Positions 9,071-18,757 of a DNA stretch of 64,000 bases are shown here, piece by piece. The translations under genes and the position numbers were made by a program. Location: NCBI GenBank assembly GCA_944388695.1, contig CALXJT010000001.1:4570-68569 (forward strand). The letters run 5' to 3'. Each line of letters opens with the position of its first letter. Positions within the stretch are counted from its first letter, which is position 1. Under the pieces are notes generated by a model that saw nothing but the letters and a program-made list of their open reading frames with translations, did not search any database and was not told the origin of the DNA. This DNA is from an uncultured Clostridia bacterium (GTDB lineage: Bacteria > Bacillota > Clostridia > TANB77 > CAG-508).

Positions 9071-10777
9071 ATGAAACAAAAAACAAAAGGTGTAGGACCT
9101 CGGATTGTAGCAATAATTTTAACGATTATTATAGCTCTTTTTTTAAATTGGCTACATTTACCACCATGGAACATTCGGTCAGTAAGTTTTTGGTGGTACT
9201 GGGTATTTGTATGTGTTGTTGCTCCAATGACTTTTTCAATTGTAGATACTATTGCAGGTTATGGTGCTACTACAATTATTACTAAAATTTTGAGAATTAT
9301 AGCTATTGCTATGGTAATAATTATAGTTATTCTAACTTTTGCATCATCAAAAATCTTTAATGCTGCTAGATATTCTAATCTAATTGATGTAGAAGAGGGT
9401 AATTTCCAAGAAGATATTCAGAGTATTTCAACGGTTGAAGAAGCCAAAAATTTTCCGCTTCTTGATGTTGAAACTGCACAAAAATTAGGAAATAGATCAT
9501 TGAGCCAAATAAAGAAGGTTTCTCAATTTGAAGTTAATGATGAATATAATCTTATTAGCTATAATGGAAAACAATATAGATTATCTCCATTAGAATATTC
9601 TTCTTTTGTTAAGGCTATGAATAATGAGAGTATACCTGGTTATGTGCTTGTTGATTCTGAAACTCAAGAAAGTCAATTAGTAGATTTAGAGAATGAAATC
9701 AAATATGCACCTAGTGATATTTTTTCACAAGACTTAAATAGACATTTGAGAAGTAAATATCCTAGTTATATATTTGACAAATTTCAATTTGATATTGATG
9801 ATTCAGGAGAACCTTATTATATTGCACCAGTATTAAAACCTACAATCGGACTCTTTGGAGGTCAAAAAGTAGAATCTTTTGTTATAGTAAATGCCAATTC
9901 AGGCGAATGTGAAGAATATTTACCTGAAGATTTACCAGAATGGGTAGACCATGCATATTCGTTAGATTATTTAATGAATTTAGCAGAAAATTATTACCAG
10001 TATAAAGATGGCTTTTTTAATTCTTTATTTTCAAAAACTAATGTCAAGAAGCTTTCATATAGTTATGAAGGTGAAAATGTAAATGAAGATGACCAAGAAG
10101 ATGAAAATAAATTTGTTGGTTATAATTCAATCTTAACAGAAGATGGTGTACAGTTTTTTACTTGTGTAGTTTCGGCTAGTAATGATGAATCAGCGCTAGG
10201 TTTTATTTTAGCAAACTCTAGAACTGGAAAAATAACTTATTATGAATGTGCAGGTGCTGAAGAAAGTACGGCTCAATTACAAGCAGAAAGCTTATACCAG
10301 AATTATGGTTATAAGTCTAGTTATCCATTAATGGTAAATGTTGATGGAGTGCCAACATATATCATATCATTGAAAGATAAGTCTAAAATAAATAAGGCTT
10401 ATGTTATGATTAATGTTGAAAATTACACTATATCAGCTTCTGGAGAAACATTGGAAGATGCTCTTATTGAATATAGAGAGAAGGTTTTTGGTGAAGAAGC
10501 GTTAACTCCAGATGATTTGACATCAGAAACACCAGAAGAAATAGAAGCTGAAATCTTTACTACTACTGGAACTATAACACAATTGTATCAGGCTACACAA
10601 GATGGTACGACTCAATTCTTCTTTATTTTAGATGGTGATGAAAATCTATATATTTCGCCAATTACTAATAATAGTAGGCAGGTGCAAATGTCAGTTGGAA
10701 GTAATGTTTCAATTGAATATTATAATTCACCTAATGAAGAATTAGTAGGTATTGTTTCAAAAATCAAAATCAATTAA
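9071..10777 (+). CDS. Hypothetical membrane protein with N-terminal TM helices and a large extracytoplasmic domain.
   Basis: RBS GGAGG before ATG 9071. Hydrophobic N-terminus (IVAIILTIIIALF..., WWYWVFVCVVAP, IAIAMVIIIVILTF), then a 450-aa soluble region with no motif I recognise. Confidence 0.6.
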   Translation: MKQKTKGVGPRIVAIILTIIIALFLNWLHLPPWNIRSVSFWWYWVFVCVVAPMTFSIVDTIAGYGATTIITKILRIIAIAMVIIIVILTFASSKIFNAARYSNLIDVEEGNFQEDIQSISTVEEAKNFPLLDVETAQKLGNRSLSQIKKVSQFEVNDEYNLISYNGKQYRLSPLEYSSFVKAMNNESIPGYVLVDSETQESQLVDLENEIKYAPSDIFSQDLNRHLRSKYPSYIFDKFQFDIDDSGEPYYIAPVLKPTIGLFGGQKVESFVIVNANSGECEEYLPEDLPEWVDHAYSLDYLMNLAENYYQYKDGFFNSLFSKTNVKKLSYSYEGENVNEDDQEDENKFVGYNSILTEDGVQFFTCVVSASNDESALGFILANSRTGKITYYECAGAEESTAQLQAESLYQNYGYKSSYPLMVNVDGVPTYIISLKDKSKINKAYVMINVENYTISASGETLEDALIEYREKVFGEEALTPDDLTSETPEEIEAEIFTTTGTITQLYQATQDGTTQFFFILDGDENLYISPITNNSRQVQMSVGSNVSIEYYNSPNEELVGIVSKIKIN

Positions 10778-10940
10778 AGCAAAAGCTCTGTGGTATTTTC
10801 CACAGAGCTTCTGCTTTATAATATTTTTTATATTAAATAATGTATGAATTGAATAAATATGTTATAATAGATTCAGAAGTTAAATAACTATGTAAAAATC
10901 ATACAAAAATTAATTAATGTTTTTGAAAGGAAGAATGATT

Positions 10941-11300
10941 ATGAGCTTGTTAGGAAATATTTTATGGTTTATCTTTGGAGGTTTTTTTAGTGGACTTTCT
11001 TGGATATTATCTGGAGTGATTTGGTGTATAACTATTGTTGGAATACCTTATGGAAAACAATGTTTTAAGTTTGCATCAATGTCATTTGCTCCATTTGGAA
11101 AAGAGATTGAATATGGTGGTGGAGTTCCATCATTACTCGCAAATGTGATATGGATTATCTTTTTTGGTATTCCAATGGCTTTGGAGAATTTGCTTTTTGC
11201 CTGTTTATGGTGCATAACTATAGTAGGAATACCATTTGGATTACAATTTTTCAAAATTGCTAAATTATCTTTAGCTCCATTTGGAGCAAGGATTGTTTGA
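10941..11300 (+). CDS. YccF-like inner membrane protein (DUF307), internally duplicated.
   Basis: Two repeated halves GNILWFIFGG...CITIVGIPYG...FAPFGKEI and ANVIWIIFFG...CITIVGIPFG...LAPFGARI. RBS AAAGGAAG is 7 nt before ATG 10941; the track ORF starts at 10917. Confidence 0.7.
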   Translation: MSLLGNILWFIFGGFFSGLSWILSGVIWCITIVGIPYGKQCFKFASMSFAPFGKEIEYGGGVPSLLANVIWIIFFGIPMALENLLFACLWCITIVGIPFGLQFFKIAKLSLAPFGARIV

Positions 11301-11418
11301 AACAAGTTAAATGGCAATTATAAATAAGAACATTAATTTAAGATTTGTGTGATTTAGAGAGGGATACAGTTGAACTATTACCTTAAAAGTGGACAGTAAA
11401 AAGAAAGAGAGGCTCTCT

Positions 11419-11460
11419 GGAAAGTATTGTAGTTATTTCTGCAATACTTTCTCTTTTTAA
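11419..11460 (+). terminator. Intrinsic terminator after the yccF-like gene.
   Basis: GGAAAGTATTGTAG / CTGCAATACTTTC stem followed by TCTTTTT. Confidence 0.55.
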
Positions 11461-11743
11461 GAAGAGATATTTATTTTATGAGTGATTTTGAATAGAAATA
11501 TTGATTTAAAATATAAAATTTAAAGTTTAAAAAGTATTAAAAATTTTTATATAAATTGTAGATTATTTGTATTTTTTATAGTATTATTTTTGTGATGAGT
11601 TTTATTTTGAAGAAAGGAGAAAATATAATAAGATATTTAGATAAGTCTATTAATCAAAGTAATATTATAGAATTTAAAATTATAGGATATATAATGAAAT
11701 TGAAAAATAAAATTAAAATATAACATAAAAGGAGAAGTTTGAT

Positions 11744-12442
11744 ATGAAGCTAGTTGTAAGAAATTTAAAGAAAAGTTTTGAGAAAAAAGAAGTATTAAAA
11801 GATATTAATTTTGAATTTGAAAAAGGTAAAATATACGGATTATTAGGAAGAAATGGGGCAGGGAAGACCACATTTTTTAATTGCTTAAATGAAGATATAG
11901 ATATAAATGAGGGAGAATTTTATATTGAAGATAATAATAATAAAAGAAAGATGGAAGCAGAAGATATAGGATATGTTTTATCAACACCAAATGTTCCAGA
12001 GTTTTTAACAGCAAGAGAATTTCTAAAATTTTTTATAGACATCAACCAAAAAAGAATTAAAGATTTGAAAACAATAGATGAATATTTTGATTTTATGAAA
12101 ATTGAAGAAGAAGATAGAGATAGATTATTAAAAGATTATTCACATGGTATGAAAAATAAAATGCAAATGTTAGTTAATATTATCGCAAATCCTAATGTAT
12201 TGCTTTTAGATGAACCATTAACTTCATTTGATGTAGTAGTTTCAGAAGAAATGAAACAAATGTTACGAGAAATAAAACAAAATCATATTATTATATTTTC
12301 AACTCATATTATGGAATTAGCATTGGATTTATGTGATGAAATAGTTATCTTAAATAAAGGCGTTCTAGAAGAAGTTGATAAAAACAATTTGAATAATGAA
12401 CAATTCAAAAATAAAATAATAGAAGCATTAAAGGAGGAATAG
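11744..12442 (+). CDS. ABC transporter ATP-binding protein.
   Basis: Walker A GLLGRNGAGKTT; Walker B LLLDEPLTSFD; H-loop FSTHIM. Confidence 0.8.
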   Translation: MKLVVRNLKKSFEKKEVLKDINFEFEKGKIYGLLGRNGAGKTTFFNCLNEDIDINEGEFYIEDNNNKRKMEAEDIGYVLSTPNVPEFLTAREFLKFFIDINQKRIKDLKTIDEYFDFMKIEEEDRDRLLKDYSHGMKNKMQMLVNIIANPNVLLLDEPLTSFDVVVSEEMKQMLREIKQNHIIIFSTHIMELALDLCDEIVILNKGVLEEVDKNNLNNEQFKNKIIEALKEE

Positions 12443-12446
12443 AAAG

Positions 12447-14024
12447 ATGATAGAAACTTTTATAACTTCCTTTAAATTACAAAATACATATAGAACAAAT
12501 AGTATTATTTATTCTTTAAAACAATTACTATTAATAAAAAGAATATTGCCAAATAGCTTATATAAAAATAGAGGGTTAAAAATATTTGCAAATATCATTA
12601 GTATTTTGTTGGAAATAATTAATATTTTTATAGGAAAAATTATATATATTCTAGCAATGATATTTGTGCCATTATCTTGGTATAATAGTAATGTGTCAGA
12701 TACATTCATACATTTATTTATGTTTCTAACACTTGCAGGAGGAGTGTTAAATACATATATGTTAAATCCAACCAAAGATAAATATTATGCAATCATTCTA
12801 ATGAATATAGATGAAAGGAAATATGGACTTTCTAATTATTATTATCAATTGATAAAATTAATCATTGGATTTCTACCATTTACAATACTTTTTGGAATGA
12901 TAGCAGGTGTTCCATTATGGATTCAAATAGTATTACCGTTTTTTGTGGTAGCAATAAAATTAATCGTAATGAATTATTGCATATATCATTTTAAGAAAAC
13001 AAATAAAGCATCAAATGAAAATATACCAACTAAATTTGTTTGGGGATTTGTAGCGGTTTGTTTGTTACTTGCTTATGGTTTGCCAGCAATTAATATTACA
13101 ATAAATCAAACTATTTTATTATTAGTATTTATCATTTCCATCATACTTGGAATTTACAGTTTAGTAAAAATTCATAACTTCAAAGATTATAGAAAGATGT
13201 ATAAACAAATATTAACTGAATCAAATGTATACATGCAAGAAAGAAATGCTGGTACACAAGCATTGAAGGATACTAGTTTAAAACAAATAGAGTTAGATAA
13301 AACTTATACAAGTAATAAATCAGGATTTGCATATTTTCATGATCTATTTGTAAAAAGACATAGAAAAATTTTGACAACAGCTGTAAAAAAACAGTCAGTT
13401 GTAATATTAGTAATATTTATTGCTATGATTATTGGAATAAGTGTAAATGATAATTTTAAAAGTAAAACAAATGAAATATTGATGGTTTATTTACCATACT
13501 TTGTATTTATAATGTATTGCATAAATAGAAGTTCATCAGTTACACAGGCAATGTTTATGAATTGTGACCATAGTATGCTAACATATAGAATATATAGAAC
13601 ACCAAAAGTTATTTTGGGAATATTTAAAGAAAGATTAAAAACACTAATAACAATTAATTTATTACCTGCAACACTAATAGGTTTAGGTTTAGCATTATTA
13701 TTATATTTATCTGGAGGAACAGATAATTCGTTAAATTATTTAATATTATTTGTATCAATAATTTCAATGAGTATATTCTTTTCAGTTCATTATTTGGTAA
13801 TGTATTATTTATTACAACCTTATAATGTAAGTACAGAAATGAAAAGTAGTACATATAAAGTGGTTCAAGGTTTAACTTATATAGTATGTTGGTATATGAT
13901 ACAAATTAGATTACCAATATTTTCTTTTGGTATAGCAACAATAGTTTTCTGTATAGCATATTGCTTAATTTCATTATTTTTGGCATATAAATATGCACCA
14001 AAAACTTTTAAGTTAAGAGTATAG
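12447..14024 (+). CDS. Polytopic membrane protein, putative ABC-2-type permease partner.
   Basis: 525 aa with more than 10 hydrophobic segments, starting 4 nt after the ABC ATPase stop. Confidence 0.6.
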   Translation: MIETFITSFKLQNTYRTNSIIYSLKQLLLIKRILPNSLYKNRGLKIFANIISILLEIINIFIGKIIYILAMIFVPLSWYNSNVSDTFIHLFMFLTLAGGVLNTYMLNPTKDKYYAIILMNIDERKYGLSNYYYQLIKLIIGFLPFTILFGMIAGVPLWIQIVLPFFVVAIKLIVMNYCIYHFKKTNKASNENIPTKFVWGFVAVCLLLAYGLPAINITINQTILLLVFIISIILGIYSLVKIHNFKDYRKMYKQILTESNVYMQERNAGTQALKDTSLKQIELDKTYTSNKSGFAYFHDLFVKRHRKILTTAVKKQSVVILVIFIAMIIGISVNDNFKSKTNEILMVYLPYFVFIMYCINRSSSVTQAMFMNCDHSMLTYRIYRTPKVILGIFKERLKTLITINLLPATLIGLGLALLLYLSGGTDNSLNYLILFVSIISMSIFFSVHYLVMYYLLQPYNVSTEMKSSTYKVVQGLTYIVCWYMIQIRLPIFSFGIATIVFCIAYCLISLFLAYKYAPKTFKLRV

Positions 14025-14137
14025 AAACTATTTGATAAGTGGATAGGCTTTATTGAAAGATTTGAGTTGAATTTGCAAAAATAATTATTCTTATTTATGA
14101 TATAAATTAGGAATAAGTAGTGGTTAAATTTTAAGGT

Positions 14138-14347
14138 TTGGAGGTAAATATGATTAAAGCAATCGTATATAAAAGTAGTACAGGGCATACAAAACAATAT
14201 GCTGAAATGTTAGGAGATTCTTTAAAAATTCCAGCTTATGATTTAAAAGAGGCAAGATTAAAATTGAAAAAGAATGATGAAATTGTATTTTTAGGGTGGG
14301 TATGTGCTACAAAAATACAGGGATTAAGTAAAATGAAAAATTTATAA
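14138..14347 (+). CDS. Flavodoxin-like N-terminal fragment (69 aa), probably a truncated remnant.
   Basis: MIKAIVYKSSTGHTKQYAEM resembles the flavodoxin phosphate-binding loop (T/SxTGxT), but the ORF ends after 69 aa. Downstream 14350-14890 holds further short unrelated ORF fragments. Confidence 0.35.
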   Translation: MEVNMIKAIVYKSSTGHTKQYAEMLGDSLKIPAYDLKEARLKLKKNDEIVFLGWVCATKIQGLSKMKNL

Positions 14348-14897
14348 TGTTGAAAGAACCATCTGTGATATCATTAGGGACAGAAATAAAATAGACTTGC
14401 AAGTTTTTAATACAGCACTAAACGAATACATGAAAAGAAAAGATAAAAATCTTATTCTATTATCAGAATATGCGAAGAATTTTAAAATAGAAAAAATATT
14501 AGCTCAATATATGGAGGTACTTGGATGAAAGGAAATGTAATGAGTTTAAAAGCAATAATCAATAATATTGCAAAAGAAATTAAATATGAAGATTTAATAG
14601 AGAGTTTGAAACAAGTTGGAGAAATATTGTAATTTATTGTTATAGAGTATTCACCAAAAGCAGATGATATGGCACAAAAAGTAGAAGAAAAGGCAAATGA
14701 AATGTTACAAGAAGGTTATGAGTTGATAACTATGTCAATTACTGGAACAGCAAAAGCTATTTTAGTATTTAAAAAAGTTTGAAGAAAGTTTTATATAAAT
14801 TACAAAACGAAAGATGGATAATTGAAATATACTGAACCAAAAAATTGGAATACTTAAAGTAAAGTTTTCTAAAGAATAAAGGAATAGGAGAAATTTT

Positions 14898-15995
14898 ATG
14901 GCAAATATATTTGATTATATACAATGGAGAGGAGATTTAAGCATATCAAAAGATGAATTTAATAAAATAGACAATCTAATTTTATCAAGATTCTCATATT
15001 TTCCATTTGATGAAATTATAAAAGAAAATGAGGTTGTGACAATTAGAGAATTAAGTGAAAGATTTAATAAAAAAGATAAAAGTAAAATGCCAATATTATG
15101 GGAAGATGATTTAAGTTTATTTCCTGTAATGGGAGCGTCTAAAAGATTTGGAGAGATGAAAGCAACTAGATATGTAAATAAAATAAATGTGGAACAAGAA
15201 AAACAATTTTCAGCTATAACTATCATAATGCCAGATGATACAATATATATATCATATAGAGGAACAGACGATACAGTAGTAGGATGGAAAGAAGATTTAA
15301 ATATGACATTTAAAATTCATATTCCATCACAAATAGATTCAGTAAAGTATTTAGAACAAATAGCAAAAGAGTATCCAAATAAAATAAGAGTTGGGGGACA
15401 TTCAAAAGGTGGAAATCTTGCAGTATATGCCACAACATTTGCAAATGAAAATATTAAAAGCAGAATAATTAATATTTATAATAATGATGGACCAGGTTTT
15501 AATGATGAAATAATTAAAACTAAAGAATATAAAGAGATGATAAAAAAAGTTGAAACATATATACCACAAGATTCTGTATTTGGAAGATTACTAAATTATG
15601 CAGATAAATATACAGTAGTAAAAAGCATACAAAAGGGTATTATGCAACATGATTTATATAGTTGGCAATTATTAGGTAAAGAATTTGTGTCTCTAAAAGA
15701 GGTTACTGATGGAAGCAAGTTTATAGATAAATCTATTAAATATTGGCTTGAACAGATAGATATGAATACAAGAGAGCAGGTAATAGATATTATATTTCAA
15801 GTTATAAATACAACAAAAGTAGATACACTATCAGAACTAAAAAATCATTGGTTTTCAAATGCCAAAATAATTTTAAACTCTTATAAACAGGTTGATAGTG
15901 AAAATAAAAAAATGGTTATGGAAACATTATCGGCTTTATTTAAAATAGTAAAGGATAATTTTTTGGAAGAACATCTTACTTTTAAGAGTTACTAG
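14898..15995 (+). CDS. Mbeg1-like (DUF2974) alpha/beta-hydrolase, lipase-like protein.
   Basis: GxSxG nucleophile elbow VGGHSKGGNLAVYA. N-terminal DYIQWRGDLSISKDEFNKIDNLILSRFSY is typical of this family. Confidence 0.65.
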   Translation: MANIFDYIQWRGDLSISKDEFNKIDNLILSRFSYFPFDEIIKENEVVTIRELSERFNKKDKSKMPILWEDDLSLFPVMGASKRFGEMKATRYVNKINVEQEKQFSAITIIMPDDTIYISYRGTDDTVVGWKEDLNMTFKIHIPSQIDSVKYLEQIAKEYPNKIRVGGHSKGGNLAVYATTFANENIKSRIINIYNNDGPGFNDEIIKTKEYKEMIKKVETYIPQDSVFGRLLNYADKYTVVKSIQKGIMQHDLYSWQLLGKEFVSLKEVTDGSKFIDKSIKYWLEQIDMNTREQVIDIIFQVINTTKVDTLSELKNHWFSNAKIILNSYKQVDSENKKMVMETLSALFKIVKDNFLEEHLTFKSY

Positions 15996-16180
15996 AAATA
16001 GTAACTCTAATTTCTTTTGTGAAAAATTCATTTACAAATCTTTCTTCAAAAAAGTTTTTGAAGAAGTTTTTTGTTTTTTAGAAACATTTATCGTTATAAA
16101 AAATAATATTTTTACTTATCTTACAAAAATGTAATTTTAAAATTTAAAAAATATGATATAATTAACCTGGAGGTCATATA

Positions 16181-16852
16181 ATGCAAAAAATTTTAATAGT
16201 TGAAGATGATAAAAAAATAAGAAAAGAGTTAGAAACTTTTTTAAATAAGAATGGATTTATAGCAAAAAGTTTAGAAAATTTCAATAATACAATACAAGAT
16301 ATATTAAAAGAAAATGCAGATTTAGTATTATTAGATATTAATTTACCATATAATGATGGAGAATTTGTGTGTAAAGAAGTACGAAAAACATCTGATGTAC
16401 CAATTATAATGGTAACCAGTAGAGATAATGAAATAGACGAATTAATGAGTTTATATGGTGGAGCAGACCAGTATGTAACAAAACCATATAATATACAAAT
16501 TTTACTTGCTAAAATAAATGGACTATTAAGAAGAAATAAAATCTCTGGAACGAATTTTGAAAAAATTGATTGTAATGGATTTGTTCTAAATATTGCAGAA
16601 AGAGTTATAGAAGGAAATAATAAAAAAATAGAATTAACTAAAAATGAGTATAACATTTTATATTATTTAAGTATAAACAAAGGGAAAGTAGTGTCAAGAG
16701 ATGAGATAATGGATTACTTATGGGAAAGCGAAGAATTTATTGATGATAATACATTAAGTGTAAATATTAAGAGGTTAAGGACAAAACTTGAAGAAATTGG
16801 ATTTGCTGATAAAATTGAAACTAGGAGAGGACAAGGGTATTTATTGAAATGA
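16181..16852 (+). CDS. OmpR-family response regulator, BceR-like.
   Basis: Receiver domain (ILIVEDD, LDINLP, phospho-acceptor D) followed by a winged-helix output domain (LTKNEYNILYYL...RGQGYLL). Overlaps the downstream kinase gene by 4 nt. Confidence 0.85.
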   Translation: MQKILIVEDDKKIRKELETFLNKNGFIAKSLENFNNTIQDILKENADLVLLDINLPYNDGEFVCKEVRKTSDVPIIMVTSRDNEIDELMSLYGGADQYVTKPYNIQILLAKINGLLRRNKISGTNFEKIDCNGFVLNIAERVIEGNNKKIELTKNEYNILYYLSINKGKVVSRDEIMDYLWESEEFIDDNTLSVNIKRLRTKLEEIGFADKIETRRGQGYLLK

Positions 16853-17868
16853 AATTTAGAGATTTTATAAAAGAAAAATTGATATTAATTTTAGGAATTA
16901 TACTAGCATTAATTAGTGTAGAAATATTATTACTTGTTTACAATATTAGTATATTAATAAGAATATATGTTTTTATTATAGTGATTTTTATGATGGTTTT
17001 AGCAATTTTAATTGAGTATAAAAGGAAAAAGGATTTTTATAATCAATTAATGAAGAATATGGATGATCTAAAAGAAAAATATTTAATTTCAGAAATAATA
17101 AAAACACCGAATTTTATTGAAGGAAAGATTTTAAAAGAGATTTTACAAGATACTGGTAAATCTATGCTAGAAAATGTGAATTATTATAAAAATATACAAG
17201 AAGATTATAAAGAATATATAGAATTATGGATTCATGAAGTAAAAATACCTATTGCAGCTAGTAAGTTAATTATTGAGAATAATAAAAACGAGGTAACTAA
17301 AAGTATTGATGAAGAATTAGATAAAGTAGAAAATTATACAGAACAAGCTTTATATTATGCTAGAAGTAATGCAGTAGAAAAGGATTATATTATAAATAAA
17401 GCAAATCTGAAAGAAATTGTAAATAATGCCATATTAAAGAATAAGACAACTTTACGAAATAAGAAAGTAACATTAGAACTTAAAGATTTAAAGCCAGAAG
17501 AAGTTTATACAGATAGTAAGTGGGCAATATTTATAATAAATCAAATCATACAAAATGCAATAAAATACTCTAAAAATGACGATAGAAAAATAGAGATTTT
17601 ATCAAAAGAAAAAAATGATAAGGTTATTTTATACATAAAAGATAATGGAATAGGAATAAAAAAAGGAGAAATTACAAGAGTATTTGAAAGAGGGTTTACA
17701 GGCGAAAATGGAAGAATTATAGGTCAAAAATCAACAGGTATAGGATTATATTTATGTAAGAAATTATGTGATAAATTAGGATTAGGAATAGAATTAAATT
17801 CTGAAAAAGATAAGGGAACTGAAGTAAGAATAATTTTTCCAAAAAGTAGTTATATAAATTTAAAATAG
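16849..17868 (+). CDS. Sensor histidine kinase, BceS-like intramembrane-sensing type.
   Basis: Two N-terminal TM helices with minimal loop, H-box ELWIHEVKIPIAAS, and ATPase N/G boxes (IINQIIQNAIKYS, DNGIGI, GIGLYLCKKL). Confidence 0.8.
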   Translation: MKFRDFIKEKLILILGIILALISVEILLLVYNISILIRIYVFIIVIFMMVLAILIEYKRKKDFYNQLMKNMDDLKEKYLISEIIKTPNFIEGKILKEILQDTGKSMLENVNYYKNIQEDYKEYIELWIHEVKIPIAASKLIIENNKNEVTKSIDEELDKVENYTEQALYYARSNAVEKDYIINKANLKEIVNNAILKNKTTLRNKKVTLELKDLKPEEVYTDSKWAIFIINQIIQNAIKYSKNDDRKIEILSKEKNDKVILYIKDNGIGIKKGEITRVFERGFTGENGRIIGQKSTGIGLYLCKKLCDKLGLGIELNSEKDKGTEVRIIFPKSSYINLK

Positions 17869-17892
17869 CTCTGAAATATGGGCTATTTTTTA
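17862..17892 (+). terminator. Weak intrinsic terminator after the histidine kinase gene.
   Basis: AAAATAGC / GCTATTTT stem with a 12-nt loop followed by a T-run. Confidence 0.35.
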
Positions 17893-17989
17893 TCTTACAG
17901 AAATGTAAGTCAAATGTAAGATAAAAAAATGGCAAGTGAGTATTGGATGCTTTATAATATAGTTAGAATACAGGAAAGGAGATTTTATA

Positions 17990-18757
17990 ATGAGTAATGT
18001 ATTAGAGGTGAAAAACATTGAAAAATACTATGGAAATAAATCAAATTTAACAAAGGCAATTGATAGTATTAGTTTTAATGTTGAAGAAGGAGAATTTGTA
18101 GGTATAATGGGAGCATCTGGTTCGGGAAAGACAACTTTATTAAATTGTATTTCAACAATAGATAGGGTAACAGCAGGAAAAATTCTTATAAATAATCAAG
18201 ATATAACAAAGTTAAAAGGAAATAATCTAAATAAATTTAGGAGAGAAGAATTAGGGTTTATATTTCAAGATTTTAACTTACTTGATACATTAACTGCTTA
18301 TGAAAATATTGCATTAGCATTAACAATTCAAAAAGTAAATTCTCATGAAATAGATAAAAAGGTGAAGGAGATAGCAGAAAAACTTAATATTTCTGATATA
18401 TTAAATAAATATCCATATCAAATATCAGGAGGACAGAAGCAAAGGGTAGCATCTGCAAGAGCTATTATTACAAATCCTAAAATGGTATTGGCAGATGAGC
18501 CAACTGGAGCATTAGATAGTAAATCAGCTAGACAATTATTAGAATCATTTGAGCATTTAAATAAAAATCTTGGAGCAACAATTTTGATGGTTACACATGA
18601 TGCTTTTACAGCAAGTTATGCTGAAAGAATTATATTTATAAAAGATGGTAAGATATTCAATGAACTTATAAAAGGCGAAGATACAAGAAAACAATTCTTT
18701 GAAAAGATTATAGAAGTTCAAACACTTCTTGGAGGTGATTTGAACGATGTTATTTAA
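17990..18757 (+). CDS. ABC transporter ATP-binding protein, BceA/MacB-type.
   Basis: Walker A GIMGASGSGKTT; signature ISGGQKQRV; Walker B VLADEPTGALD. Confidence 0.85.
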   Translation: MSNVLEVKNIEKYYGNKSNLTKAIDSISFNVEEGEFVGIMGASGSGKTTLLNCISTIDRVTAGKILINNQDITKLKGNNLNKFRREELGFIFQDFNLLDTLTAYENIALALTIQKVNSHEIDKKVKEIAEKLNISDILNKYPYQISGGQKQRVASARAIITNPKMVLADEPTGALDSKSARQLLESFEHLNKNLGATILMVTHDAFTASYAERIIFIKDGKIFNELIKGEDTRKQFFEKIIEVQTLLGGDLNDVI

